Origin: Antedon mediterranea
Taxonomy: Eukaryota > Animalia > Echinodermata
Assembly: GCF_964355755.1 (NCBI RefSeq)
Contig: NC_092679.1
Coordinates: forward strand, 11,143,432 to 11,207,431
DNA: 64,000 nt
Direction of reading: 5' to 3'
This document shows, piece by piece, positions 38,374 to 51,745 of this stretch. The notes under the pieces are model-generated. The model ran no database searches. It saw only the letters and a list, made by a program, of their open reading frames with translations, and was not told the DNA's origin. Within the stretch, counting starts at the first letter, position 1. Every line of letters starts with the position of its first letter. Position numbers and translations under genes: made by a program.

Positions 38374-39499
38374 TTGCAATATAATATATACGTTTAACAA
38401 CGTCACATGGTGTCAGAAGTGGTATATTTTATTGTGTAAAATAATTTGCCATGGAATCATTCAGGTTTAAAACCCCTGAAAGTTTTTATTTTGATGGGCC
38501 AAGCATTTCCACGCAGTGGAAACGATGGAAGCAGCGCTTCGATTTATTCATGACAGCCACCGATTCAAACGGCAAGGGCGATAAAACGAAAATAGCGATC
38601 CTGCTCACGGTGCTCGAAAAACGAGGGCTTGAAATTTTTAACAATTTTACATATGTTGAGGGTGAGTCAAAAGATAATTATGACAATGTATTATTACCAA
38701 GTTTGAGAACTACTGTAAAAAGAGAGATCCAGTCATGGCCATGCGAGCCAAATTTTGGTCGTATCAACGACCAGAAGGGCAAGGTTTAGATGAATACATG
38801 AACGATTTGAGAACAATGGCCGACCACTGCAAATTTTAGGACGTAAACGCAATTTTAAGAGACAAATTATTTTTCGGGATCTCAGACGCAACACTTAAGG
38901 TTATGGGAGATGATGGTAACGCATCTTTAGAGACTGTAGTCAAACGTATGCGTAATTATGAGAGTTCTAAGCGAGAATTAACACCGATAATGTCTGATAA
39001 AGCTAATGTAAATGAAGTAAAGAATGCCACACACGCAAGAGGCCGCAAGAAGCACAAACAACAGTACAGCGACAAGGCGCGTACACGTAACCATAGCGAA
39101 CGCGAAGTTCACACGAATTGTACGTGTAAACATCCACCAAGGCAATGTCCAGCCTGGAACGAACGTTGTAGAAAATGTAATCGCTTGGGACACTTCAGTA
39201 GATCGACATTGTGTCCAGGCAGACAGAATGGTGTTGGTAGTAGTGGTAAGCATAATTATAATTTTAATCCATCTAAGTTTAATAAGAAAATTGACAGTAT
39301 CAATGCTAATGAATGTACATCTGATAGTAAATACCTTGTAGAAGAAGATGATATGTCTTTAACATTTGGTAGTTTTTATATTGATAGTGTTGGGAGAAAC
39401 ACTAATGACGTGTGGTTGTATAAGATAAACGTTAACAACACACATTTAATCAATGTCAAGGTAGATACAGGAGCGAATGTAAACTGCATTCCTAAGAGC
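38374..39499 (+). mobile_element. Inverted segment of the same Gypsy: LTR 3' end, PBS, gag and protease N-half
   Basis: ..cgtcaCA + PBS tggtgtcagaagtgg (tRNA-Leu-like) at 38408; QWKRWKQRFDLF gag; CPAWNERCRKCNRLGHFSRSTLC knuckle; VKVDTGANVNCIP. Confidence 0.88.
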
Positions 39500-39689
39500 T
39501 TATTTAAGAAATAAAATGACAGACGACTATATGAGATCAATGAGAGAGAGTGTAACTTTATTCCAAAGCATGCTGGGAACTCCTGACTGTGACGTCATAC
39601 ACACACATATTGGATATAGATAGATATAGATAGATAGATATAGATAGCTAGGCTTATCAGTATCATATTTAATCAAACGTAGGCTACTT

Positions 39690-40685
39690 AATGATAGGCC
39701 TAATATCTACAGGCATACTATATTACAGTGCAGCTACTCCAGAGAGTACTATAGGCCAGCCTATTTCAAATTTATACAGTTTCAGAATAATGCAGAATGC
39801 ATTCCTGTACATCTCAGAAGCCATGGCTGCAGTGGAAATTGCATCTAAAGAAGCCGAATTACATATACTAAAGGCGAGGAGCAAGGCACAGGCTTTACAA
39901 ACACAGCGGAAACACTCACCGCCGTTCTAAATGAAGATTTAAATGAATTGTTAACCACATCTCCCAACGAAACGTCTGAAGATCATGTAAAGAAATAAAT
40001 TCCTGGCAGAAACCACAATGAGTGTCATCAACCTTACAAAAAGCAGTCCAGAACGCGTTACAAGGACTGTTACGGTACCGTTCTGTGACAGTGTTGTTGC
40101 TACTACTAGCAGTGCTAGTATTATTAATCGGACAGAAATACAGAATGCAACCAGACCAAAAGTGTGTACTCAACAAACTTATGCGGTAAACAGTATGATG
40201 AATCAGTACACACCCATACAAACCATCTCATCACACGGGGTGGCGAACACTAAACCTACGTTTACCATGGTTACTGAAGTAATGAGTACAAGACCCTGGA
40301 TGTCCAGGTTCACTAGCGATGCGCAAAATAGAATACCGTATATGCCAGTGCCTATGAATGATGTTCAAACTATTATACAACATCAAATGCATGCCGTTAC
40401 GACAAGTAATGTACAGAATACTGGACTTTGTACTGACATACCGGTACTAAATCCTACTGCATTATCATTCAATCCATCTCCTGGAGCATGTGTTTTGTCA
40501 TGCCTCAGAGAAGCTTTATGGTGACGTTGCCTACTTACGCTCAACGGATAGTGACGGTAGTGTTCACATGAGTTTCATGCAGAGTAGCACCAAAACGCCT
40601 AACTTCCATACCACGCCTGGAATTACTTAGGGCTCTTCTTGGTGCACAACTAGCTCAGACTATCACGGATGCACTCCCCTGGATA
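39690..40685 (+). mobile_element. BEL/Pao fragments (gag-like region joined to Pao RNase H/peptidase A17 segment)
   Basis: 40483-40685 reads HVFCHASEKLYGDVAYLRS..RVAPKRLTSIPRLELL.ALLGAQL; the upstream AAVEIASKEAEL..KAQAL is gag-like (weaker). Confidence 0.65.
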
Positions 40686-40882
40686 TCGTCATAGTGTAAA
40701 TGGGCCTTAACGACCATAAATTTCATTGCTTATATTAATAATGTTTTTGCCTTTGTTAGATGAGTCAATGAGAAGTAATTGTATTAAGGAAATTCTTAAA
40801 GGAGACGAGACAATTGTTGACCATGTTATTGATTATAATTAAATGTTGTATAAATGTGCGCTATACAAGTACTAATATATAT

Positions 40883-41272
40883 ATTATTACTGCCTCTCTG
40901 CTGAAAAGTCTGCCGACATTTCCGCTTGGGCTGCTCCGTAAATCTCTTTTACCAGTTTCTTCCAGTCTGATCTTTCATTGGCTAGTTCTTTAAGTTGTTT
41001 GATGTCTTTCTTGGTTTTCAATTGTTCGGGATACTTGATGTTTGTGTTCTGCTTATAAAGGGTGAGTAGGTCGTTGCTGAGAGTTATTGGTAGGGTGGTT
41101 CTTGGTCTTCCTCAAAATTTTATATTGGTAGTGTTGCTGAAATAATAGCTTATTGCTGTGTTGGCTGGTGTACCTGGGTCTTGTCTAAGTATGTGACCCA
41201 ATAGTCTCCATCTTGCGTCAACTATTTCTAACAAAAATGGTTTTGTTCCTGTCCTTCTGTATAAATTTATGT
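40883..41272 (-). mobile_element. RTE-clade LINE 3' end fragment
   Basis: NLYRRTGTKP..RWRLLGHILRQDPGTPA..GRPRTTLPITLSNDL, followed by a short (taa)n tail. Confidence 0.75.
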
Positions 41273-42169
41273 ACTACTAGTAATAATAATAATGTCTGTA
41301 AATCAAAAAAGGTAAAAAAAAAAAAGAATTGAGACTAAAAGTGAGACTAGGCTAGAGGCCAAGGCCATAAGTCGTATGTAGGGACTATTTTGAATAAAAC
41401 TCAACTGCTGTAATTTATTATCATGTATTCATATAAATCGAATTATTCCAAAACGGATAACCAAACAGGATACGAAAGATACATAGTTATTAAATCCTGC
41501 TTGATTACTTAATTATTGATGCAATTATCTACACAATATTCATATGTAATTGTTTACTGTATGTGTATAATCGCTCCGCGGCTTTAGCCAGCTATGTCCC
41601 AAGAGGACATACTCATTAAGAAGCTTTATCATCGCGCTAGCTATAGTTCTAAGGCTGACAGTTTTAAGAATTTGTAAACTCAACTCATAATTTATAGGTC
41701 CCAGCTGCTGGACCCAAAAAACTTATGGGAAACGGGAGTCTATGAGGGCTCATGGTTGAACGATTTTGTATGAAGGTAAACAAACTATTTTACTATTTTA
41801 AAGTTTATTTTTCATTTGAAAAAAATTAAGACTAATATATGGCGTTATCATTTCAGTGAAGAGCAATATTGATACCAAACATTATTATACGTCATGAAGT
41901 TGACATTGTCAAATGATTTCTGCCCTCTATATAAATTATTCTGATAGTGCCTATATAAATTATTGTTATAGATTATAAAATTATGTAACATGACTTTGTT
42001 ATGCGGCAATTCTTACGTTTTTATAAACTCACACATATTGCTATAAATGTCACTTTTATTGTTTATTTTATTATTACAGACCTTGAAACCACAGCCTGCT
42101 TCACTCTCCATCCCTCCCTGTTCTTTACTTCCCTGGCCCCTGTTCTTTACTTCCCAGCCCAGTAATCTG

Positions 42170-44830
42170 TAATCATGGTGTAGTAGCTTACATGTAGTAC
42201 ATAAGAAAAACTCAGAAAAAGACTTAAGAATTACAATAGACCCAAAAGATTTAAACAAAGCATTACTAAGGGAATATCATCCAATGACTACAATAGAAGA
42301 TGTATTAACTAGAACAAATGGATCCAAATTCTTTACTACTTGATGCAAACATGGGTTATTTTCAGTTAAAATTAGATGAAGATAGTACATTACTTACAGC
42401 ATTTAATATACCCTTCGGTAGATATAAGTATCTTAGATTGCCTATGGGTATTTCGACAGCCCCAGAATTGTACCAACGAGCAATAAATGAAATGTTTGGA
42501 GACATCGAAGGAGTAGAGACTATAATGGACGATATTTTGATACATGGATCAACAATAGAAATACATAACCAACGGTTAGAAACAGTCTTGAACCGATGCA
42601 GAGAAAAAAACAAAGCTGTGTACTACAGAAGTTGAATACATTGGACATGTACTGTACTTACTGACAAAGGAGTAAGAATATCGCAAGAAAAAGTGAAAGC
42701 GGTCACACAAATGCAAAAATTCAAACACTATTTGGAATGGTAACTTATACATGTAAATTCATTCCAAACCTGTCATCAATTACAGAACCACTGAGACAGT
42801 TGATAAAGAGACGTAGCAATGAACCAAATTTTGTATTTAGGAAGAAAAACATCAACAAGCATTTGAGAAATTAAAAGAACTAATGAACTGCAGCCTATCA
42901 GACCCTATGATTATATCATGTGATGCTTCACAGTCCGGATTAGGAGCTGTATTAATGCAATATGGAAGTCCAGTAATGGATCTAAGGCACTAACGACAAC
43001 AGAATATGCTCAAATTGAAAAAGAACTGTTGGCGATAGTATTTGCATTTAGAAAATTTCATACTTATGTATATGGGAGAAGTGATATTATTGTTAAGACA
43101 GATCACATGCCGTTAGTGAGAATATTTGAGAAACCATTGCGTCAGATTCCATTAAGATTACAGAAGATGGTGTTAAGATTACAACAATATTCATTTAAAC
43201 TGATTGGAAACTCAGGAAAGGACATACCTGTAGCGGATGCACTTAGTAGAGCATTTGTATCAGATACTTATCCAGGATTAGTAGATGATCAACAAGGATT
43301 TTTAGTATGTGCGAAGGAAATCAAAAGCGTTTCATCATTTAGTGACGCAAAAATCAACAAAATTAAGGAAGCAACAGCAAATGATTCAGCATTAAGAAAA
43401 GTAATAGAAACAATACAAAAAGGATGGCCACAAACTAAATGGAGAACAGAAGCAGAAGTAAGACCATACTTTGAATTTCAAGAAGAATTATCAGTTGTAG
43501 AAGGTATAGTGTTTAAAGGAGATAGAGTAGTAGTACCAAAGAGTAAGTAAAAAGAAATGCTAGAAATTATACATCAGTCATTTAGGAATAGTAAAATGCA
43601 AACAATTAGCAAGGGATATACTTTTCTGGATAGGGATGAATAAACAAATTGAAGATAAAGTTTCACGATGTGACATTTGTCAGGAAAACAGAAATTATCA
43701 ACCAAAAGAGCCAATGAAACCAAGTGAAATACCACAACAATTCCATGGACAGTAGTAGCAACAGAGTTGTTTGAATATTCAGGAACATCATTTATCATTG
43801 TAGTAGATTACTATTCAGAGTTTATTGAAATTGAATGATTAGACCCAGAAATAAGAAAATTGAGCAAAATATTTTCAGTGCATGGAATTCCTGAAAAAGT
43901 AATACCTCAGTTCAATTCTGATGAATTTGTTAAGTTTTCTGAGAAATGGAATTTTCAACATTGTACATCAAGCCCTTTGTATCCACAAAGTAATAAGATG
44001 TCTGAGCGAGCAGTACAAACAGTGAAGCGAATCATGAAGAAATGCATTGACAATAATAATAATAATGAGAACATATATCTGGCATTACTAAACTTAAGAA
44101 ACACACCAAGAGACAAAGACATTGGATCACCAGCACAAAGATTATTTGGAAGACGAACAAGAATACCAACAGCAAAAGCACTACTCGAACCAGAAACCAA
44201 AAAAATATCTACAGTTCAAGCACGACTAAACATTCACAGAGAAACAGCGAAACGATATTATGATCATGGATCAGCAGATTTAAGACCACTTACAGAAGGA
44301 GATACAGTACGAATAAGAACACAGGAAAAAACATGGAAAAAAGCAGAAGTTTTACCGCAGAACAAACAACCACACCAACCACGGCCTTATACAGTTAAAA
44401 CACAATCAGGAAGAATATACAGACGAAATAGACGAGATAGACAAGATTTACTCAAAACAAGAGAAGATAACAATCAACCACAATTACATAATTCTAATTC
44501 ACAAAAATACAACACATCATACCGAAATAATGATAGCAACTTTGAAACACCAATCATTCAACCTCATGAATATGTGACTAAAAGAGGCCGATATTGAAAT
44601 TGATTGGATTAATTAACATAATCAATGAAAATGTATAGTTTATAGTTATTGTTTATTAGTGAACCAGAAGGAAGGTTTTGCTATTTTGAAAAAAAGGAAG
44701 ATGTTATGTATTGTATTGTATTTGAGTTATGCTGCCCTCTATGTTAATAAAACACACACAAAATGGCCCCTGTGTAGTTGCGTGTCTGACGTCTCATGTG
44801 TTGAGATAAAGTAGAACAGATGATTGCACA
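42170..44830 (+). mobile_element. Gypsy pol (RT-RH-IN, degenerate) + PPT + start of 3' LTR
   Basis: DLRITIDPKDLNKAL, FNIPFGRYKYLRLPMGIS..IMDDILI, CDASQSGLGAVL, TDHMPL, HGIPEKV..PQF..SSPLYPQSN..ERAVQTVK; PPT 44688-44701, then TGTT. Confidence 0.9.
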
Positions 44831-47583
44831 GCAACAGCCGGCGCACATACCTATGCCACATACATCAGGCTACCAACAGGCACATAACTACCAACCACAA
44901 GAAACACACTACCCTCCTAATTATGAAAATCTTTAAAATCTTTGTAGCTGCTACTGCATGTGTATTAAACATTATGTTTAGTTGTTATACAGTTTTTATT
45001 TATCTCTAAAGTACAGACCTATAAAGTATCTTTAAAATTTAGATTAGTTTTTTAAAAAACCTATAAAACTATATACCGTAATGCAATAATGTGCTAAGTT
45101 AATCATTCTGCCATTTAAAAAAAAAAAATAGGATTAGTTTTTATACAGTTATTTATAATACAGTTTACCTTAGTTTTTATATAATTCACCTTGTTTATAC
45201 AGTTTATCTATATAAATACAAATCTATGTATGAAATAGTGTGCTATGGTTAATGTGTTGATCACATTAACACTATATATTTCACCGACTGCAACATGCGA
45301 GTGCAATACTGTACTATTACAGTATTAAAAACTTTTTATAACAAAATTACCCTTTTTTAAATGTTAATATGATATACAAAAATATAAAAAGTACAGTGAT
45401 ATCTTTCATTAGACATAAATGTTTATTTGGAAATACTAGCAGCAAAGTATTTGGTATATTTACTGTAGATATTTTATATAAAATAGTGCATGTTAAAGTA
45501 TGTTTAAAATGTGTTTTGTAGTATTTAGAAATAAAAGATTAAAACTAGTTCAGAAATAGAGCAGGCGCTCGGATTTGACATTTTGATTATTGATGCGACG
45601 ACAGGCGATCGACACTCGACAGCAAATTTTACAAAAACTAGAAAGTTGTGGATATTTGACATCACATCAATCATGTCGTTGATTGGCCAGAATCCACAAT
45701 TAATGCGCGGTATTTTCACAAAATTGAATCTGTTTTAATCCTGATTTGCAACATCAACTTTTTGTTCTTTGTAGGTGTTCGTGCGAATGGGAATGACATG
45801 TGAATTTGCCTACTACTCGGGTGGGATAGGGCCATTTGACTTTGTGCTGTTTCTGTGGGGAAGATGGAGCTCACCGCCCACAAGAACTTTTAATGCAATA
45901 CAAAGTGGTCTTACCAGTTTGTGAGGGGTGCAGTCAGCATAACAATAATCCAAAATCAGAAAAGACATGAAAGGTTGACTGCCACCAATAAGTAAAATTA
46001 TATTATATCATTCTAAAACGAATATCTGTAAAGTAGGCAATTTTCAAATGTCTCACAGTGACAACTTGTACCATATAAAGTTGGATAAATATGTCCAGAA
46101 GTAATAATTTGATCATAAAAACCATATTTTCTTTGTAATGCTATACTGTAGATTACTGATTACTGTTTGTGTATCTGCTTGGAATTTGCTGATATATATA
46201 TATATACATTCAAAAAACCACAAATACCAGTCTAAAAATTACAAGTACACTACTAGTTTTTATTTTTGCAGTAGTCATTTTTAAATATGTTATGAGGTCA
46301 TGTGACTTCCAGGAAAGTTTAAATCTTTTCTGCTGTGTCCCTATTACAAAAATATAGAAATTGTCATATTGTACTTCTACAGGATATTGATGAATAAAGG
46401 TAGTATTTATCCCAACAGATAACAAAAAAGTTGTGTTGTATGTTTCTTGAGTTAAAACTTTGCTTATCGCAACTTGAGGGTAGGAAGCAGTAAATCTTGA
46501 TATGGCCTTCCATTCACATTCGTCTTGTGCCAGATGTATGCAGTTCGAATGGCTGTCCAATTCTTGATGTTGGTGACACATTTTGTTCTTTGTATTCCCC
46601 TCTGTCTTTTCCCTTCTACTTTGCCTTTTGAAAGAGCTTGTTCTTAAAAGGGAGGTCCACCCAAAAATGTTCTATTCATAAAAAAAAAACATTTTTCCAC
46701 CCGCCCCTCCCTTGCAGTTTTAAACAAAGAAGGGCAAACAAACAATTTAATTTTTAGGCCTTATCTCAACAACCGAAAACAATTTGTTTCATCAAATGGC
46801 TCTACCTCTGAAAATTACCTATCACTTGTGGTGTGCCTCAAGGCTCGGTCCTTGGCCCTATTCTGTTCTTAATTTATATCAATGATCTTTCAAATTCTTC
46901 TAATTTTTTTGATTTTCGTTTGTTTGCAGATGACACTAATTTATTTCATTCATTTGCTCACAATCTTCTTGATCTGACTGTTATTAACACTCAATTCCAG
47001 CAAGTCATAGATTGGTGCAACGCAAATAAATTGACAAGTAATCTTGATAAAAATAATTATATGATTTTCTAGTCTAAAAATAAATAATAAAAATTACACA
47101 ACGGGGCTCATTGACTGTTAATAATGAAATAATTAAAGAAAGTACTTGTATTCATTTTGTAGGTATTAAATTTGATAAGTTTCTTTCATGGAAGTATCAC
47201 ATTTATGATATTAAAGCAAAAATTAAGAAAAAGGCTGGTTTGTTATTTAGGTTGAGACATTTTGTTCCTAGAAAAACTCTAATCATGCTTAATAATTCAT
47301 TTATTTATCCAATCATAACTTATGGCATTGAAGTTTGGGCTAGTACATTTGAATCTTACTTAAATCCTGTTTTAATCCTACAAAAAATGATAGTTAGATG
47401 TATTACATTTTCAAGTTTTAGGGCACACTCTTCTCCTTTGTTTTATGAACTTAAAATTTTAGATGTTTATAAACTACATAGATTACATGTTCTTATTTCA
47501 GATATATTTTATAAGCGAACTCCTCATATGCTAACTAATTATTTTTCATCTATTGGACACTCTCATAGTACAAGATTTAATAA

Positions 47584-50025
47584 TCTATATAAATTTACTT
47601 AAGAGCAAAATTCGGTAAATCGCGCGTTATTTCTAGAATGTTTACTTGATGGTATATAAAGTTGGTTAGAATCACGGTACTGATTTTAACCACCTGATGT
47701 AACCGTCTTTAATAATTAAATTGAGTTAGATAATTAGTTATTGACAGTTAAAACGAATTTAGGTTCAACGATTTTCCCCAAACAGGGGTGTTTTCTGATT
47801 GTGGTATACAATGTCTAATGGATGTCCTCTTGAAAAATAACTGTACACAATAATACGGAGATGCTTCGCATTTTTCTATCTCCTCCTACGATAATTGTTT
47901 TTAATAGTTGAAAACCGATTGAAAAGCTCGAGTACAGTATCATAATGTTGAAGACAGGCCGATTTTCTTTAAAAATACTATTTTGATAGATTTAATATAC
48001 GTTTTTACAAATGTATTGATTTGCGATGAATGGAACATTCCAATCTCTCAGACTCCAAGTTTTTAGGTAAATTTATGAGCCCTTAGTTTAACACAAGTAG
48101 GTAAATTTATGGGCCCTTGGAGAATAAACTTAAAACTGAGATATAGTATTGCAATACTTTAACAATATTGTAAATACTGTACGTATTAACCATTTTTGAA
48201 ATTTTTGAATTGAAATTGTCTTACTGTGAATGTGGTTACTGTTAGATAAACACATAAATACAAAGAACATTTATTACTGTGACTGTGGGTAGGCTCTACT
48301 GCTGGATATATAAACACATAATAATTTATACGAATAAAAACGTTGTTACTGACAGTTGCTTCTCAACGTTTGTATTAATTAATAGTTATAAAAAATATAA
48401 ATGTCGTAGTGGTGTATCGTTAGCGTTAAAGGATAACGCAGAAGATATGACAGTTCATCACTCCTGTCACACATACTCGGTAATTAACACAACTAAACCT
48501 TTGCCAAATACTCCTATAATCCGCCATATTTATTGATTATTAAATAAAAGTGATAGCCTCTCTCTCCGCCGCTCTCCCCAAAATAATTTAGCAATTGCTA
48601 GAGTACCTAAGGCCTTCCTGAATAAAAGTTCCGTTTTTCATTTTAAAGATGAAGGGAAAATTATCGGATGCAATGGAGATGTGCCTTCGCGATTTTAGGA
48701 TCGTAATGCGAGAGTTAAAGGATAAGCTGTACACCAAGCTGAAGACAATAACGGAAGACGAACTGTTCGTGGCAGTGACCAAGTTGCTGGACACCAAGTC
48801 CTACCGGTTCAATAGCACAGAAGAACTTGCACCATCCATAGCTATTGTCTACAACAGATTTCACGATGTTTAGACACCAATGAAGTAGATTTAGCGCTTG
48901 CCCAGTCAGAGTTCAAGTTAGTTCACAACCATGTGCTAACGTTCTTTAAATGCAATCAACCAGTAAACGTTTGGCCACAGCTTTTCGCGTTAAAAAATAT
49001 ACTGGGAATAAGGCACATCTTGAAGATTGCCGAGCTGTGTATCTCACTTCCGATTGGCAATGCAGTGACCGAACGCACGTTTTCGTTCTTGTGGCGGTAC
49101 AAGCGCGCTATCGACCTTTTTTTGACTACTAACACAGATGGTGTAATCAGAAAGAGAAAGAGAAGTCCTGATGGCTACCGTACATCACAAAAGAAAAGGA
49201 GAACCAACGTCGCCGTTTATGACGAGACATTGTCATCCGAGTCGTCTTCCGAATCAAATACCAGTATTACATCAGACTAGTCATCGGACAAATAGCTGAA
49301 GATCGTCGGAGATTAGCTCCCTGCTACCTATTCTTGTCAATTATTAGCGGACTATGGGCCTAATATTTTACATTTAATATTATACTCTTTACTTGTCAAT
49401 TTTTGATTAAATCAGGGATCTCCCTGACTACACTTGCTTACGTTTTTATTTATGATCATTTTATTATTTATTTATAATATGTACAAAAACATTCGTTTTA
49501 TTTAAATAACCAAATAGGAATTAGTTTAGAGTTTTAGAGATGATCCCTCAATCAGTACCTGTGTAAAGTGTAAGACGATCCCCAATTCATTCGAATCGCC
49601 ACCACCACGCCGGCGAGCAATTCAATTGTTATCATGGTTACATTTTTAATAGGTAGGCCTAGGCTAGTATTAAGTATATTTTAGTTATCCTCAACATAGC
49701 ATTAACATTTATAACATCTTTCAATATTTAAACAATGATTTGTTGTATCACTACACTTTATTCTAGGCAAGGCTTCCTTCTTAGTCTTAGTCAGGCATAA
49801 AAACATCTTGAAACCTCTAGCACCACCATGCAATCATGCCTATTACTTAAAATAAACACTTTACGCGATTTATTGCCGACGTACTTTCTTGCTAATTTTG
49901 AGGGCTGCACTGTATTTATAGTCCTGCGGTACGTACATTTGAAATCGCCAGTTTTTTTACGTACATTTGAAATCGCCAGTTTTTTTATGCTAAAATTAAG
50001 GTTTATTAGCTCGCATACCATCTAG
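47584..50025 (+). mobile_element. Non-autonomous Helitron-type insertion (TC...CTAG, between A and T, no TSD)
   Basis: Starts tctatataaa at 47584 and ends catCTAG at 50025; excision restores the LINE frame STRFNN-EYNLALPQ. The 3' hairpin is degenerate. Confidence 0.75.
48600..49280 (+). pseudogene. hAT transposase C-terminal (dimerisation domain) fragment inside the Helitron
   Basis: W..LF..LGIRHILKIAELCISLPIGNAVTERTFS resembles the hATC P..NA..ER.FS motif. Confidence 0.7.
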
Positions 50026-50489
50026 TGAATATAATTTAGCGTTACCTCAAGCTCGTATTTCTTTAGGAAAGTTTAGGATTAGTTTTGAAGGAGCATATTT
50101 ATGGAATAATATTTCAGTTGAAATTCGTAGTATTATTTATGGGAAATCGTTTATAAATCAAGTTAAAAAATGTTTAATTGATGAATATATAGAATAATGT
50201 ACGTTTTATGTTTTTCTTTTTAATTCCACCTGTATTTTTGTAATTTATATTTGTAAAGGGGGTTAAACTCGATTACAGAAATCTATTTTTTTAACCTCCT
50301 ATTGCCATGCTGTAATTTGTTTAATTTTTTTTTTTAATATATATTTTTATATATATATTATTTTCTTTTTTTGGCAATAAAAGTTGAATAAAAAAAATAA
50401 ATAGTGATCGTTTTCAACAGTTCCAGACTTCCTACAACAATTACCTTACAGCTAATTCTCACAAGCAGACATTTTTATTTAGGAGTTTA

Positions 50490-51745
50490 TACTGCGACAT
50501 AATAGGAACTCGAGAAGGAAATTGGGAGCTACATCTCGTGTAAGTGTAAGGAGCATGCTTCCATGGATCGTTGCCTATGATCACATCAATTATAGTAGAT
50601 ATTTGCCAGTTTATTGGATGGAAATGATTAATCTTGTGAACACCCATCCATCAATACATCGGAAATGTATGGAAGGAGAGTTTACCGTTCAAAGAAGTAA
50701 CAAGGCTTTCGCCCAAATAACGTGTGATCAAACAATAGACTCCAAAACGAAAGGCGGTATGACTGGTTTCACAACCAACAAAGGCACAGTAAACAGATGG
50801 ATATGGTCACACCATACACGGGGTGCTATCACGCGAGAATGCAAAGCTATGGCAGGCAAAAGTGTACAAAGCCAAACTTGAACAGATCTTTTGCCTAGTC
50901 GAATGAAGCATGACCGCTCAGATGTTGTTAAAATCATAGAGACCACAAATGCAATTATCAATCCATTTGGTTATGAGGAAGAAGAGTTTATACACATTAC
51001 CTCTGGTGTTGTTTCTACTTTTGAAGTGAAAAATGATCTGAACACTGCACATGAAAGGGGAGAGGCAGAACTAATCAAGTTATGTGAACAACATATTAAA
51101 ACAGAAGAAGTAGGTTTTTTCGAGAGCATGCAAAAGCTAAAACTTAAAACTTTCATTAACATGGGTAAAAAGGTAAAATCAAAAGTCCGGGGAAAGGAAG
51201 TTGTATTAAAATCTGACAGAAATTTAATGACCAGACTAGTAGTTATCGAAAAGTATCGGAAGATAGACCTGCAAGAATTGTTAAGTTATTCTCTTGGACC
51301 ATTATCACTTCCATTGGCTTCTGCTTATGGAAGTCTTGTAAAAACCAACAAAGCAAATCTACTTCATGCACTGGAGAGTCAATCAGAAGAACCAGTTGTT
51401 GAAATTCCAAAAGGAGGCATATTCATTGTAGACGGTATGGCAACAATACAGCAACTTAGTATCAACAAAATGCAAGGCCAAAGGACATTTCTCAATTTAG
51501 CTGATGTGCTTTTACAGCGCTTGGTCAACAGAGCTAATTCTAACAACTCAAAGGAGATTCACTTTGTTACAGACACGTACAGAGATAAATCAATAAAGAA
51601 TGCAGAACGTGAAAATAGAGCTGCCAGTAGATCTCAGGTGATGCGCATATATGGCCAATCACTTCCACAGCAATGGAAGAAATTTCTTTCAAATGATAGT
51701 AATAAGGAATCTGTTATAGAATTTTTATATATAATACGTATGGAG
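50490..51745 (+). mobile_element. AcademX transposase + XPG/PIN nuclease fragment
   Basis: MLPWIVAYDHINYSRYLPVYW..GEFTVQRS..DQTI..SKTKGGMTGF; LLSYSLGPLSLPLA..KTNKANL..IVDGMATIQ..IHFVTDTYRDKSIKNAER. Confidence 0.75.

Larger units (their letters stand above)
46760..50402 (+). mobile_element. L2/CR1-group LINE 3' portion with 3' UTR and A-rich tail, split by a Helitron
   Basis: GVPQGSVLGPILFLIYINDL..LFADDTNL, YGIEVW; C-terminus resumes at 50026 (EYNLALPQAR..GAYLWNNI..YIE*); tail aataaaagttgaataaaaaaaataa. Confidence 0.88.
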
